This document shows positions 47,286 through 60,600 of a DNA stretch of 64,000 nucleotides, piece by piece. The translations under genes were made by a program, and so were the position numbers. Numbering within the stretch: position 1 is the first letter of the stretch; each line of letters starts with the position of its first letter. Location: positions 79,608,001 through 79,672,000 of the forward strand of contig NW_026262712.1 of the NCBI RefSeq assembly GCF_021869535.1. Reading direction: 5' to 3'. The notes below the pieces were generated by a model. That model saw only the letters and a program-made list of their open reading frames with translations. It was not told the DNA's origin and made no database searches. The DNA is from Mytilus californianus (taxonomy: Eukaryota).

Positions 47286-48320
47286 AGACAATATCGACAC
47301 GCTGAAATGTCTCGCCTTTTGTACTGACCATTGAATTTATTTTGAACGTCTAAGAGATAAAGGTACAGGTATCACATAATCTTAACATTTTTAAAAATCC
47401 ATGACAATAAGGTCAAAGTCAGATAAATCAAGCCAGCCAGACATGTACCCCTCACAATTATTCCATACACCAAGTATAGTTGACCTATTGATTAAGATAA
47501 TCAAAAAACAGTCAAAACCACAAAAACGTAACATTGGCCAATGAACCATAAAAATGAGATAAAAGTCAGATTATACTTGCCAGATAGAAATTTACACCGT
47601 ACAATCATTCCATATACGAAATATAGTTGACCTACTGCATATAGTATTTGAAAAACAAACCAAAGCACAAAAAACTGAACATTGACCAACGAACCATGAA
47701 AATGAGGTCAAGGTAAAATGATACCTACCAGACAGACGGTTCACCTTACAATCATTTCATACACCAACTTTATTTGACCTATTGCATAAAGTACTCGAAA
47801 AACAGACCAAAACACAAAACTTAACATTGACCAATGAATCATGAAAATGAGGTCAAGGTCAGATGAAACCTGCCAGACTGACATTTCCTACGCCACATAT
47901 AGCTGACCTTCTGCATTTGGTATCTGAGAAACGAACCTAATCACGTAACTTTATCCTCGATCAATGATCCATATAAAGAGGTCAATATCAGGTGTCTGAC
48001 GGACATGTAGACGTTCCAGGGAACACACATATCAAACAAACTTATCCTCTACTCATAATAAGTGAGAAATCCATATGACAAAAAAAAATATTATTTTTTT
48101 TCAAGCAGTCGTTGAACCTTTAAAATGAGGTAAAGGACAATGGATACATGACAGACGGAAACTTCGTAACATAATGTATCTGCAAACAAGGTATGAAGAA
48201 TCCAGATATTCAACTTTCTGAAATATAAAGCATTATAAAAATAGTTTACACAGCCGATGCCGCCGGAAAGTTATCGCTATGTCTCGCATACTCGGACTTT
48301 CGTCGCAGGCGAGACAAAAT
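47286..48320 (-). mobile_element. HINE-type element with about 145-bp internal tandem repeats
   Basis: Inverted subTIRs TGTCTCGCC (47308-47316) and GGCGAGACA (48308-48316), inner TGTCTCGC at 48280 forming a terminal hairpin, about six CATTGACCAATGAACCATGAAAATGAGGTCAAGG-type units. Confidence 0.8.
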
Positions 48321-49012
48321 CCACTCATTTGTTTTAAAGTGCGAGCTATAACCATCGTGCTTACTTATATTGTCTCTGGTTGCTGACTATAAGGCTATCA
48401 TAAATGCAATACTTCAATACGATATTAATAGTTTCTTCATACACTTTACATTAAATACAGATTGCGTTGACTTATTTCTTCTAGAAGTCTTCTGCTGTTG
48501 TCTGTTCTATGGTCGGGTTGTTGTCTCTTTGACACATTCCCTATTTCCATTCTCAATTTTATTGATTTATTATATAAATTTTGTACTTATTAGTAATTAC
48601 AAGTAAAAGTATGTGTAATAAAATCAATGGCATTCGTGTTGTACCGGCCATCCGTGAGGTTGTCGATATCAGTCACGGTTTCAAATGCTTTATAAAACCC
48701 CTATTCTGTTTGACGTCACATCATCGATTTCAATCACAATTGCAAAGAATTAATCAAACCCTTGTCTACATGACGCCCCGCCACGTGACACATCTTATAG
48801 AGGTATAAAATAAAATGTATATGGTACGAAAATTTAAAAACCCATTCTAAAATGTATTAATTCAGATTTATTTTTTTAAGGGCATATAAAACAGAAAAGA
48901 TCTCTCGTTGATTTTTTTCTATATAATTTTAACCAAATATTTAAATATTCACTATTGAAATATGCAAAGAAAAATATACCTTCATGACTTACATTTTAAC
49001 ATATTTCAGTTC

Positions 49013-49417
49013 AAAGGGGGACGAAAGATACCAGAGGGACAGTCAAACTCATAGATCGAAAACAAACTGACAACGCCATGGCCAAAAATAAAAAGACAAA
49101 CAGACAAATAATAGTACAGATGTTACAACATAGAAAACTAAAGACTAAGCAAGACGAACCCCACCAAAAACTGGGGGTAATCTCAGGTGCTCCGGAAGGG
49201 TAAGCAGATCCTGCTCCACATGTAGCACCCGTCGTGTTGCTAATGTTATTACAAATCCGGTAAATAGTCTAATTCGGTTGGTCACTTTCGTGAAAAGGGA
49301 AGGGTATTGTAGTTACGACATAAGGAACATATCCGATATCATCTGTGAAACGGTTATTCCATAACGGTCAACCAACTCGTCTGTAAAATTTACGAAGGGA
49401 TGATTTCAACTTCACCG
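49013..49417 (-). mobile_element. Penelope-like 3' fragment
   Basis: Near-identical to 26998-27420; encodes VKLKSSLRKFY. Confidence 0.8.
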
Positions 49418-50223
49418 TTTTGAAAATTTCAAAATGTTGCAGTTTTATTGCAAATAAAAAGCAATAAGCGTTTTTCTTGCTAAAAACCTCTTCTTGTTTC
49501 GATTTAACATTTCTGAAGTAGAACATAATCGAATGTAAAAAAAAATAAAACGGGGTGCATATGGTCATTTATAAGCTAGAAATAGAAAACCTAGTTTTTT
49601 AAATGCAGGAGATTCCATCGCCATTGTTTGCTCTTAATTATGTCGAAGTGTATTCTTAATGCATGTTTGGCGTAATGCTATTCACACCGTACTCAAAACC
49701 GTTATACCAATTACTGGTATATACGACTTTATTAATGATACAAAAGTAAACTGTTTCATTTGCATCGAATGACATGCCTTTGCAGGAGAGCTTGCAAACT
49801 TGAATACACACCTAGTTAGTTTTCACGTAACCAATTTGATGACGTTACTTAATTTACGCGAATATTGATGGATTGTCCACAGCAACGTTGTGGAAATAAC
49901 ACGTTAAAGGACGCATACGTATCTGTATTTTCTACTGTATGGTATGCCCTTTAGAGATGTATATGAAACAAAACGATATTCATCGATCGATACTTGCTTT
50001 TCAGATCCCTACTTTAATGTGTTAGCCTTTCCATTTGGTTTTCCATGATATATGTTTCTAAAAAAGGTGACATACATTGTAAAAATTGTCAAGTGGATAT
50101 TGTGTAGTTGAATTTTATCCAAATAAGAAAAAGAAGGATTTTGAAATTATACGATAAAAATCCTTGGACAAATCAATATATGAAAGTACAAGCAATTATT
50201 TCAATTTTAACAGGTTCCATGGT

Positions 50224-50247
50224 CTATTCGATGTACAGTGCAAACAT
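50224..50247 (-). CDS. Candidate terminal ALDH3 coding exon (MFALYIE-stop)
   Basis: Long pyrimidine tract plus TAG acceptor, phase 0, matching the AAG|GTATGA donor at 51538; short open frame ending in TAG. No transcript support. Confidence 0.4.
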   Translation of the reverse strand: MFALYIE

Positions 50248-50769
50248 CTACAATAGAAATGTAAATAGAAAAAGTTAAAGACATTTGCACAATCCTATTT
50301 TGTAAAAATAAATATTTCCTTTTAAATTTCTAATGTAAACCATGAATTGTTTAGGTGTACAGGTAAAACATGTCTCTTTTGATCGTATAGCGCCTCATGT
50401 GCTTAGGTCTTATTTATCTTTGGCTTTCAGATGTTTTGGTTTGAGCGTTCGTGATTAAGGTAAATCGGACGCAACGAGTTCATAGTGTTATTTACAATTA
50501 CAGGATCAACATTTTTGACTAGCATTGAAATCTATTGATTTCTGAAAACCATTTGCCCTTTAAATATTTATCATTAAAAAAAAGTTGTATTACGTTCATG
50601 CGCAGTTCTCGTGTTTCTGGGGAAAAAACATATATTGAGGTAAAGTGGACCTGACTATTTCTGTAAGTCCCTTTTTTGTTGCAGTTTCATGTATTTGTAA
50701 AATTTCAAGCGAATTCGTAGCGTTCTAAATAGAGAATAATTCGGAAAATTATATATCTCCATATTGATA

Positions 50770-51260
50770 CAATATTTTTCGGTCTGTGATTCCTATCACG
50801 ATTTCAATGATAGAGGATTGCTGCTTACAAGAAAGATATTGTACCAAGGGTTCATATGATAAGCTATGTTGTAATCATCCATCCAATTATTTACATGATG
50901 TGGTTGACCGTTATCAACTATCTGTTTCACAGATCCCTTCAGATTTTTTCGACGTCAGGCAACAATGCGGCCCTTCTTTCCTTAATTGTAACATAACCGA
51001 CGACTTATCACCAATTTTCACCTTTAATGAGTAACACGACGAGTGTCACTACTGCGGCTGGAACTGCTTATCCTTTCGAAGGATCTGCGTTCACTCCCTT
51101 TTTTACTTAGGTTGGTTTTGTGTTTCTTAACTTTATAGTTTTCTGTGTAGCTTTGTGTGGGCTGTTTGTTTGTTATTTTTCGTTTTTGATTTTTGACATG
51201 GTGTTGTTTGTTTGAATTCGATTTGTGATTTTAAATTACTCCTTGATATGTTCTCCCTTT
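50770..51260 (+). mobile_element. Older Penelope-like 3' fragment
   Basis: TCCTATCACGATTTC..TGATAGAGGATTGCTGCTTACAAG...GTTGACCGTTAT...GGAACTGCTTATCCTTTCG, diverged reverse complement of the same family. Confidence 0.6.
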
Positions 51261-51531
51261 GGGAGCATTTTTATGATTTATCAAATCAATAGCAATTTTC
51301 AATTTTCACAATACTTGGAATATGGAATAAAAAATAAATTGTGAATTAAAAAACAAACGATATTGGAAATCATGACATCATGATTAAGTTTCAATCTTAC
51401 TACATGAATAATAATAACAATCAGACAATAAGAACTTTTGCTCGGTTATAATGTAACGCAAACAAATATATTTGTCTCATAACACAATGAAATCATAAAA
51501 AAATCTAGTGTTCTTTTACAAGTCCTTATAT

Positions 51532-51676
51532 TCATACCTTAAGAAGAAATGCCGCTGCCATCATTCCTATGACAAGAAACAACCAAGTCGACATAAATGA
51601 TGACCGTTGTAGTTTCTTCTTTGTTACCATCTGAATAATGTTTATCTTCTTTTGTGTGTATGGAGGGTACCGTATC
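51532..51676 (-). CDS. ALDH3: ALDH3 exon with RYPPY and TM anchor ([16 protein letters not shown]); ends at the donor at 51538 or reads GTA TGA
   Basis: TTTCAG acceptor; RYPPY followed by a basic stretch and a hydrophobic segment, as in fatty aldehyde dehydrogenases. Confidence 0.9.
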
Positions 51677-54600
51677 CTGAAAGGATAAACATTTAATAAA
51701 AAAAACCAGGTTAATATATTTGGTCAAAGTTAACTCAAACTACTAAGGACTCCTACTATCTTCGTTGATTTTATAAATGATTTGGTCTCTTTTAATTTTG
51801 ATTACCGTTATGAAAAATGAATCGAATGATTTCGTTTTTTCGGGAATATGACGGCTATCACGAAAATATTTACGCTTTCGTTGAGTTTTTTAAACTAAAT
51901 ATTTGTCTCGCTTGCTGAAATATGTAAGACGTGGGACTAATTATCTGAGAGTGGTAATGAAGACAGCTTGTATTTACTTTTATATTTCAGAAGATAAACT
52001 ACGTTGATTATCCATGTCTTCTGAAACGTTCATCCAACATTTGTCCTAGACTTAGGTTAAGATTATTTTTTGATAACAGTATAAAAGCAGTTGATTATTT
52101 ATATCACGCTACATCTACTCCTTCGAACTATCTTTGGAGTGACATATGTTTTCATTTAAGATGCAAATAATGAATCATTTCATTTTTTTATTACAATTCT
52201 TATGGATTGTAGTTTTGTTTAGAAGTCATTGCATTATTTGTCATAAAAATTGTTGTATTTTTTGGTATCTGTCTCCGATATTTTCAATTCATCTGTAAAA
52301 AATAAAAATAGCTTATTTCTAGTAATAATAACCAACACGGTTTTACTAGGATAAAAACAGTCAGCATGACAAAATATATATCTTACACTGTGATTAATAA
52401 ATAAGTACAAAATGCACATTGCCCGGATCAAACTTACGATTGTAATCCTTCCAATATTAGTTCTCTCTCTAAGCAAGCTCTGTTATGACTAAATGTGTCA
52501 AAGGTCAACTTGCCATGATAAGCTCCCAAACCGCTGTTCCCAACACCTCCAAATGGTAAAGTCATCACTATATGTATGAAAAAATCATTTAGTATTCACC
52601 GAAACATGTGCCAGTTGATTAAAAACAATCAAGTGTAACAAACTGATGATTTTTTTTTCAGATGACAGTATAGTGTAACGGTTAGTTTTTACATTCCCCA
52701 AAAACAAGAAGGAATACATGTACATTTGATGTTTGAAGGGAGTATAAAACGATTTTGTTTATAATGTGACCCTATATTCATTTGACACTTCTTTTGTCTC
52801 GTGTATCTATAAAAGGTATACATCGACTTGTTACTTCCAAGCACAGTGGTGCCGAAGAATGATTTACGTCAGTATTAATCAAATATAAATTGCATACATT
52901 AATTCCAATTATAGTAAACAAAAGCACCAGAAAATGCCGTAAGTACGATAAATAATCTCTATGGATAATTAGGTGTATGCGTTTCCACAACAATATTACA
53001 AGGATTTCAACTGGCACGACATGTTCGCCTTACATCTTACTTAAATCTTAATTTAGTTCGCACGACAGCTAGGCCATTTTTTGCTGAATGATTTGAAACT
53101 GAAAATTTCGATTTGTATCTGAGAGGAAAAAAAAATAATTAAATTACTGACCTCCAGCATGTAACATTGTATCATTAATTACTAAACCGCCACTACTCGT
53201 AGAATTACTAAACTTTTCTTTCACTGTCTTATCATTTGAAAAGATATACATGGCCAGAGGTTTTTCACTGTAAAGATTATTTATTATTTATTAAATAATA
53301 ATTGATATGTTCAGTTCTTGATATTGAAATCACTTTTCATTTCTCAAATTTAATTCTGATTTTAACTCTTTTTCTATGTCACTTTACAGTGTGTAAGTCT
53401 TTACTCATATTTTTTTACTTTGTCTCAGTGAAATTAAACTTTCGTCAATTGCATTTTGGTGAATAATGTCCCATTGATAATTTACCATGCAGTTATCTAC
53501 GAATATATTCAACTGGTCGTAGCCATATTGTCGTCCTTTCTTCCATGTTTAATAGATTGTGACATCGGAGATTGTTTACTTGACACAATACGGGCTGCTC
53601 AAAATTCCGAAGCAACTTGGCTCAGACCGCGTTTATGAGGGGGCTTGTGTTTATCTTAAATTTCTGTTAGTTGTGTTGTTGTTGCCTGTTATTTATATAA
53701 GCCTCCTTCGTTTTGGCCATGGTGTTGTCTGTTAAAGTTAACATTGTTTTATAACCCACTTTGTATCTTCACCTATTGTATCTATTACCTTTTTTGATTA
53801 TCGACTTTCATTGCTTATTTGCATTATTAATATTCTAATAGTTCTATCAAGAACATATATTTCAGGCAAACAAGATTTTGAATATTCGTAAACCAAATGA
53901 AGGATTCTAAACAACCACAACAAAGAAAATGTAGAAACAAATTAATAAACTCTTTATGACAAACATGCGTTCTAAAATATTCGTTGTTGGAAAACGAAAA
54001 TTGACGATTTCAATGATTTATTAGGGGACGCATCATCTCTCAATGGAAGGATGAATGGTTGTTTAACACACAGTGTCAATTTAAATGCATATTCAGGACC
54101 ATCTCTCAGTAGAATAACACTGTTAATAAAGTACATCAAAATATAACTTCTGATTGTAGATCATTTAGTGATCCCATGACATTTAGTGCCGATTGTATAA
54201 ATACAACCCAAACAGTGGTCGTAACGAAAGAATTTTTATCTTATTTAGACCATGCAACAAATATCAAAACAGGAGTTATTTTGCCGTTGCTAATATTGTT
54301 TATCAGCATTTAATCAATTATATAAATAACACATAGCTGAAGGGTGATATGGCAGATTGTTACCCCGAGAAAACATTGTCAACTGAGGCAAAACCATGGT
54401 TGACAATGTTTTTTCGAGGGATAGCAATCTGCTCCATCACCCTCTCAGGTATGTGTTATTTAATTCAATATACTGAATGTTCTGTTATTACTGTCTATTA
54501 AATTTCAAATTCAAAGTAATAAACTATGTCGTCTTGTTCATAACAATTCTCCGTATTGATTAAAGCGCACACTTGAGCAAGCGTCTCCGTGAAGGTTAAT

Positions 54601-57600
54601 AGAGTATTTGCCATATGATAGAGTAAATTGTCTCCCTCGTATTAACCAATCAAAATCTGGCATTTTGACATGAAGAATAATAATATTGAATGTCCCTTTG
54701 GTATCTAGGTGCTCTTCTAGGGACATGATTACTGTGTGTAAATATATCATGTATGAATGTATTTGTACATGTAGATCCATAACGTGAGTATATATATTTA
54801 TCATAATCTAGTGATAATCTAGTATCCGTTCTGATTTGCATTTTGTACTATCCTAATAATGAACATCCATCAACTCACCCATTTACAATATAGTTTATAG
54901 CATCATCCTCGTTGTTCACTGGTACTATTGGCAGGACAGGTCCAAACATCTGCTTGAAAATGAATGTTGTAACATAAAAGATAACTGATACAGAATAATG
55001 ACAAGGGGAATAGCAAGATATGTACAACTTGAGTATGAAATACTGATATCTTTACTTTATGTTTTCTATTAAGTTCGGTACTGGCATATAAGTACAGCAT
55101 TTTTTTTAATTTTTTTTCAGAAAACTTCTGATATCCTTTGAAATTCAGAAATTCAGTAAGTTATCTCCCTTATATATAGCTCTGATTATGTTTTCTTTGG
55201 CTATACTTTTATTTTTATTTTTTTAATTCATATACAAACACTTCAGAGTTTCTTTTAGGTTATTGATTTTCGTTTAATTTGGACTCGAGCATCACTGAAT
55301 AGATATAATTTGTCGATATGCATATCAGATGCAATACAGTTGGTGTCGTTAATGTCATTTCTATAACTAGTTGTTGTCTTATTATTTCAACTTTACATTG
55401 ACTGTGAAAGAGTTAAAAAAGACAAATCGATATTCGTTGTATTTTTTAGATTACGAATTGCTGTTTTGTGACATGTAGAACCATTTAACATTTATTTGAT
55501 ATCACCTCTTCCTGCATAGCAGGATCTGTAAACTTGACATCTTTTAATATCGTCGGTGACACGTAATATTCCTTCTTATTTGTTGTCCCACCAATAGCTA
55601 TGTTGTCTTTACTGCTGTCAATTATCTTTTTCACTCGTCTTAAATGTAAACATTTAACTTGATATTAAAAGGCATTAGCTACAAATTAGACAAAAAATTC
55701 AAATATGATTTATTTTGTTTCAAACATTTATTAAAGCTGAATAGAGTGATACTGTTTCGCTATCAGCAGTCAGTTTAGTCAATTGAGTCAAAATTAGATT
55801 TAAAAAAAAATCGCTGATGTATTGGCTTACAAGTAAATAACTCAACTTATTTAAATCCGTATTCATGCACCTTTTTTCTACCTTAAGTGGAGATGGATTG
55901 TACATGTGTTCAGCATGTGGTTCATTCGTTAAAAAGACAAGAATGAATCACATGCTGAAATAAAACCATATTAATAACAGGAATAATCATGTTGTTGACT
56001 GATCCGGCCAACAACAAATCATTCTTATACAGGTAAAAAGATGATATCCATATACTTTATAGATAACATGAAATCGAACAGACATAGCAAAATCGTCATT
56101 ATACGATTGCACGTGCTTGTATGTTTACTTATATTAATATTTATGTTTATATCGGCTTATATGACCGTCAGCAGTCTTCAGAGATCATCTCGATGCATAA
56201 TTGGATGGCGTCTAGTCTAAAATACGCACGAAATGCTGATACATTGATACATTGTAACGAGTCCGTGCATTGTTAATTGTTTCTTTTGACTTTTTGTAAT
56301 GTAGATATACGTTTCAGTATGTTATAACTCAAATATGAGAATTTGGTCAAATCAGTATAAAGAATTTGACAGTTAATGCCCTTTTAACAAAATGTGTATG
56401 TTCATCGAAAACAATGTCAGTCCCGTGTGTCACTAAAATTGGTACCATAATTTGTTCACAATTTTAGTATTTTGCAATAAAATATTGTATACTTAAACCG
56501 AAATGTCTTGACACCAAAAAAACGACTTGGTGAAAAAAACCGCCTTTTGCTGCTAATGAAAATCAAAATAACAGTTTGATTCAGATTAGTAATCAATTCT
56601 TAAGGTTCAATTTTGAACATCTTAGTGTATCATTGTTTAATTTAAAGTAATCTTAATTATCTATTACATTTGTGTGAATACCGATCAAAGAATAGTGTCT
56701 GAACAATGTAATCATTTGCACAAAAATGGACGTAATGCCTTTAATGTTGGTATGTTTTAACTTCTAAACCAATTGAACATTCGCAATTATATATTGAAAA
56801 TAAGATATATGTAGCATTTTGTCTCCTGTTTAATTTATCAACAAATAATATGTCATTAGAATTGCGAAAAAAAATCATAATTACTGGAAGTTTCTGTCAT
56901 TGCCCAATCTGCCGTAACTGCCTGAGCTGTATGGGTCACCTTGATAGAATGCATTTATTGTTATCTTCATTGCCTGAATCAGTTCCTCCTGTATATGGAG
57001 AAAGAAGGGTGCAAATTAACAAAATCAACATTGTAAAAGATCCGTCTTACATTTTTTTATCTTGACAAGTCAGCCGAACGTGATCTTCCTATACATTTGA
57101 ATACATTTTTCCAAAATTAAATAATTTTATTTCTTTGCACTGAAAAACATTATCGTTAGCAAATATTTTTGAAAGAAATTCAACGTGTCTACATAAAGCG
57201 TCTGTTTGGCTGCTCTAAATCTTTACACCACGACTCATTTCGAAATTTTAAATCAAGGCATGTGTTTTAGAAATGCAACGCGCGTTAATAATATAGTTAA
57301 TTCGAGTACTTTGAAGATAACATCAAGTGGCAATAAAATTATTTTTCAAACTCAACAAACAACAATCCCGATTCTATGTAATCATGTGTCCGTGGTGACC
57401 CCACTTGTTGTTGTGTTGTCCCGAATATGCACATGCAAAGAATGGTTCTCAGACGACCTTAAGCAATACATAAATAACTTCAAATTCAACATCCGTATAA
57501 ATTCATTGATAATCAGTTCCTGTTGTTGCATTTCGCATTGATCTCATTTCCTGTCGAAACAGTTACCAATCCGTACCTGAATGTCTTTCGTGCACATGAC

Positions 57601-60600
57601 ATAATCAGGTGCTATACATGTCTGTCCAGCGTTTATTGTCTTCCCCCATAGAAGTCTGTTAGCTACTGCTTTGTAATCACAGTTTGTATCCACATACACC
57701 GGACTATAGAACAAGAAAATATGCATTTATTAAATAAGTAGTATTGATAACTAAAATGTCGTGTAAAAACTTACATTTTAGGGGGTATCAGGACTATCTG
57801 TAAATACAATGTCATTATTGTTATATTTTTTGTTTTGCATGCAACCAATTTCTTTTTGTTCCTCTGTTTGTTTCATTCGTGTATGGTGTATTTGGCATAT
57901 TGATATACCTTGCAACACGGTCGCTTATGTTCTTTAAATTTCTTTCATGATGGTCACTATTTTCAAATACAAGATTGATAAAAAAAAACTTTTAGATAGT
58001 TTTAGACTTGTGTACTATATTCCTCTCTTTTGTATCTCTTTAAACATATAATCTTTAGATGACACAATTATTTGGAAGAGTTTAGTTTTTTTTTTGTTGT
58101 ACCACGTATGAGGATAAATTTAAACCAGCCTAACTAAAATAGAATTTTTGGTTGGATTTTCAGATTTAAAAAGGTGTACTAGTGTGTTATTTTTAGTTGG
58201 TCTCTTTTGACATGAAGATCACCAATACCAATTGTACCTGAAGTAAAGCGTATTTGAAAGATAGAAGACAACTTTTTTATTACTTCCTTCATTTAAGTAA
58301 AAAAATTAAATTGTAGCAATATCAAGTACATGCTTTACAATTAGACCACTTGTAACATAATAATGCTTTCAAATGTCTTTTCAATGGGCACCTGTATATT
58401 TTTTTAAAGATATGCAATGGAACAACTGAACTGTACCCTCTGTCTTTGAATTAAACATCAGTTTTCTAAAGAAATCAGCTTACTCAATGTTCTTGCAAAC
58501 AGAAATATCAAATGCACGATTTAATGATGATGAGCTTTTCTTAAAAACAAGATAATAAGATTAAACCATAAAGTGTCTCCGAACAAAAAATACTTTTTGC
58601 CTCCTAGTTCTAGTGTGACCGGAGTGAGATATTGACTAGCAGCATTCATGACAATCTTCCCTACAGATGTATTTCCTGTATAGAAGATATAATCATATCT
58701 TTCATTCAGTAAGACTGTTGTTTCCCCAGTACCTCCATTTATAATTTTTATACAGTCCTGAAAATTGAAATAATAAAAAAATATTATCGAATAATGTGGA
58801 CAGGCAAAAAAATCACCCAAAAGCCCTTGCAAGTTGAAAGCGTTTGAAGACAATATTGAAAATAATATATAAAAATCCACAATATATGGACATAACAAAT
58901 AACAACATTTTATTCCATAAATGATAAAAAAAAGTACTTTCTGCGTATTTAATATTTGGTTTACATAATTTACCAATTTAAATCAGACGTTTCTATGGAA
59001 AATTATGTTATATTAATAGCATGTGTTGCGATATTATTTTGTCTTGTTTTTTGGATATATATCGCTTTTTGCATTTACAATTTAATTACAATGTTACAGA
59101 AAAGCGCTTCGGACGCATTAAATTTATAATGTGTTGTTTCATTTTTCACAGCACTGGGTCAATACCGCTGCTGGTGGACTATTAGTCCCCCGGGTGTATC
59201 ATCAGCTCAGTAGTCAGTACTTTGGTACTGACATGATTTATAACAAACCTTTGTAATATTGTCTGTTTTTTTTAATAAATTTTGAAATGATAAGAAACTT
59301 AGGTGTCAACTCCCTTAGGCAAAATTGACCTTAGATAAATTTGCCACTTTTTTTAAGGTTCTGTTGGTCATATAGCTCTTCAACTGTTTAGATTATCGGC
59401 TTTGAGCGTTCCTGATGAAGTTAAATCCAGAAAAGCGCTTCAGACACATGAAATTTACAATGTGTTGTTTTCATTTTTTACTGAAATGTTTCATTTTCCC
59501 TCTTTTAAATGAAATTGTTTTCACTAAAACTTTTTAACAATATGCTTGGCATTGGATTATTGTGTTTGAACTGAACTGTTTATTGTGTAGTTGCTGTGTG
59601 AAATCTACTCACAACTTAGCGGATCTTTATAGAGTGTAAAAAATCTTGGCTCGCTTCTATATAAGGTAGAGCTTCCTTTCAGTTATTACGATAATACTTT
59701 GTTTATTTTCAGTTTGGTATTTTTTCACATGTAGAAGTGTTTTCGTTGCTGTGTTGTTTTTTTTTTTTTTTTTTGTAATTTCTTTTGTCGATATGAAAGC
59801 GTTAAATGCTTTATCTGAACTGTTATTTATTTAACGTTCTTCCATGCTCATTTAGTTATTCCAATGATGAAGAAAAAAAGTGGATATGTTAAATACGGAA
59901 AAAAAGTAAAAATCACAAAATTACTGAACTTTGAGGAAAATTCAAAAAGGAAAGTCCCTAAAGCCAGTTTAAATTCCTGCACATAAAAAATAAGTCTATC
60001 ACAAGTAACGAAGCTGGTCAGGTGCTGTCTTACTGGGGCTCTGGCTCTTTGGTGCTTATGGTAGATCTGTTGTGGGCTAAATTAATAGACAACTTTGACG
60101 AGGCAAAGTTCGTCTTTTTCATTTCTCATAATCTGTCTCCAGCTTAATTTTTTGCTTGTTTTCTTTTTATAGAAATTCAATGGCAACCTACACAGTAGGA
60201 CAAAAATACCTTTTTAAACGCTGTTGTAATATCCACAGTGATTTATCTTACGCACGTACAATTATGTTACAGTGCACCATGTTGTGAATAATGAATGGTG
60301 AATTGGTGTTCTCAGAGAACAATAAACTGAGGGTTGTTGGTAATTATACGGATGCGTTAATAAGAACAACAAATCAACCAAATACACCGATAAAACATTT
60401 ATCAGTTTCCAAATCCAAACATTGAACAATAAAATACCAATATGGCACAACCTAGAAGTCTACAAATGGTACTTGCTTACCCTGTCCAGGTATTTAGGAA
60501 CTAATTTTTCCAGCACCTGTGAAGTACTCCTAGAAATTCTGGAGGTCTTCAGTAAAACACAATTTCCTTGATTAGAGAAAAGAATTGAAATAACATAACG

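Noticed and set aside
53456-53640. GC-richer segment as an extra ALDH3 exon
   Set aside because: No ALDH similarity in any - strand frame, and the flanking exons already join in phase without it.
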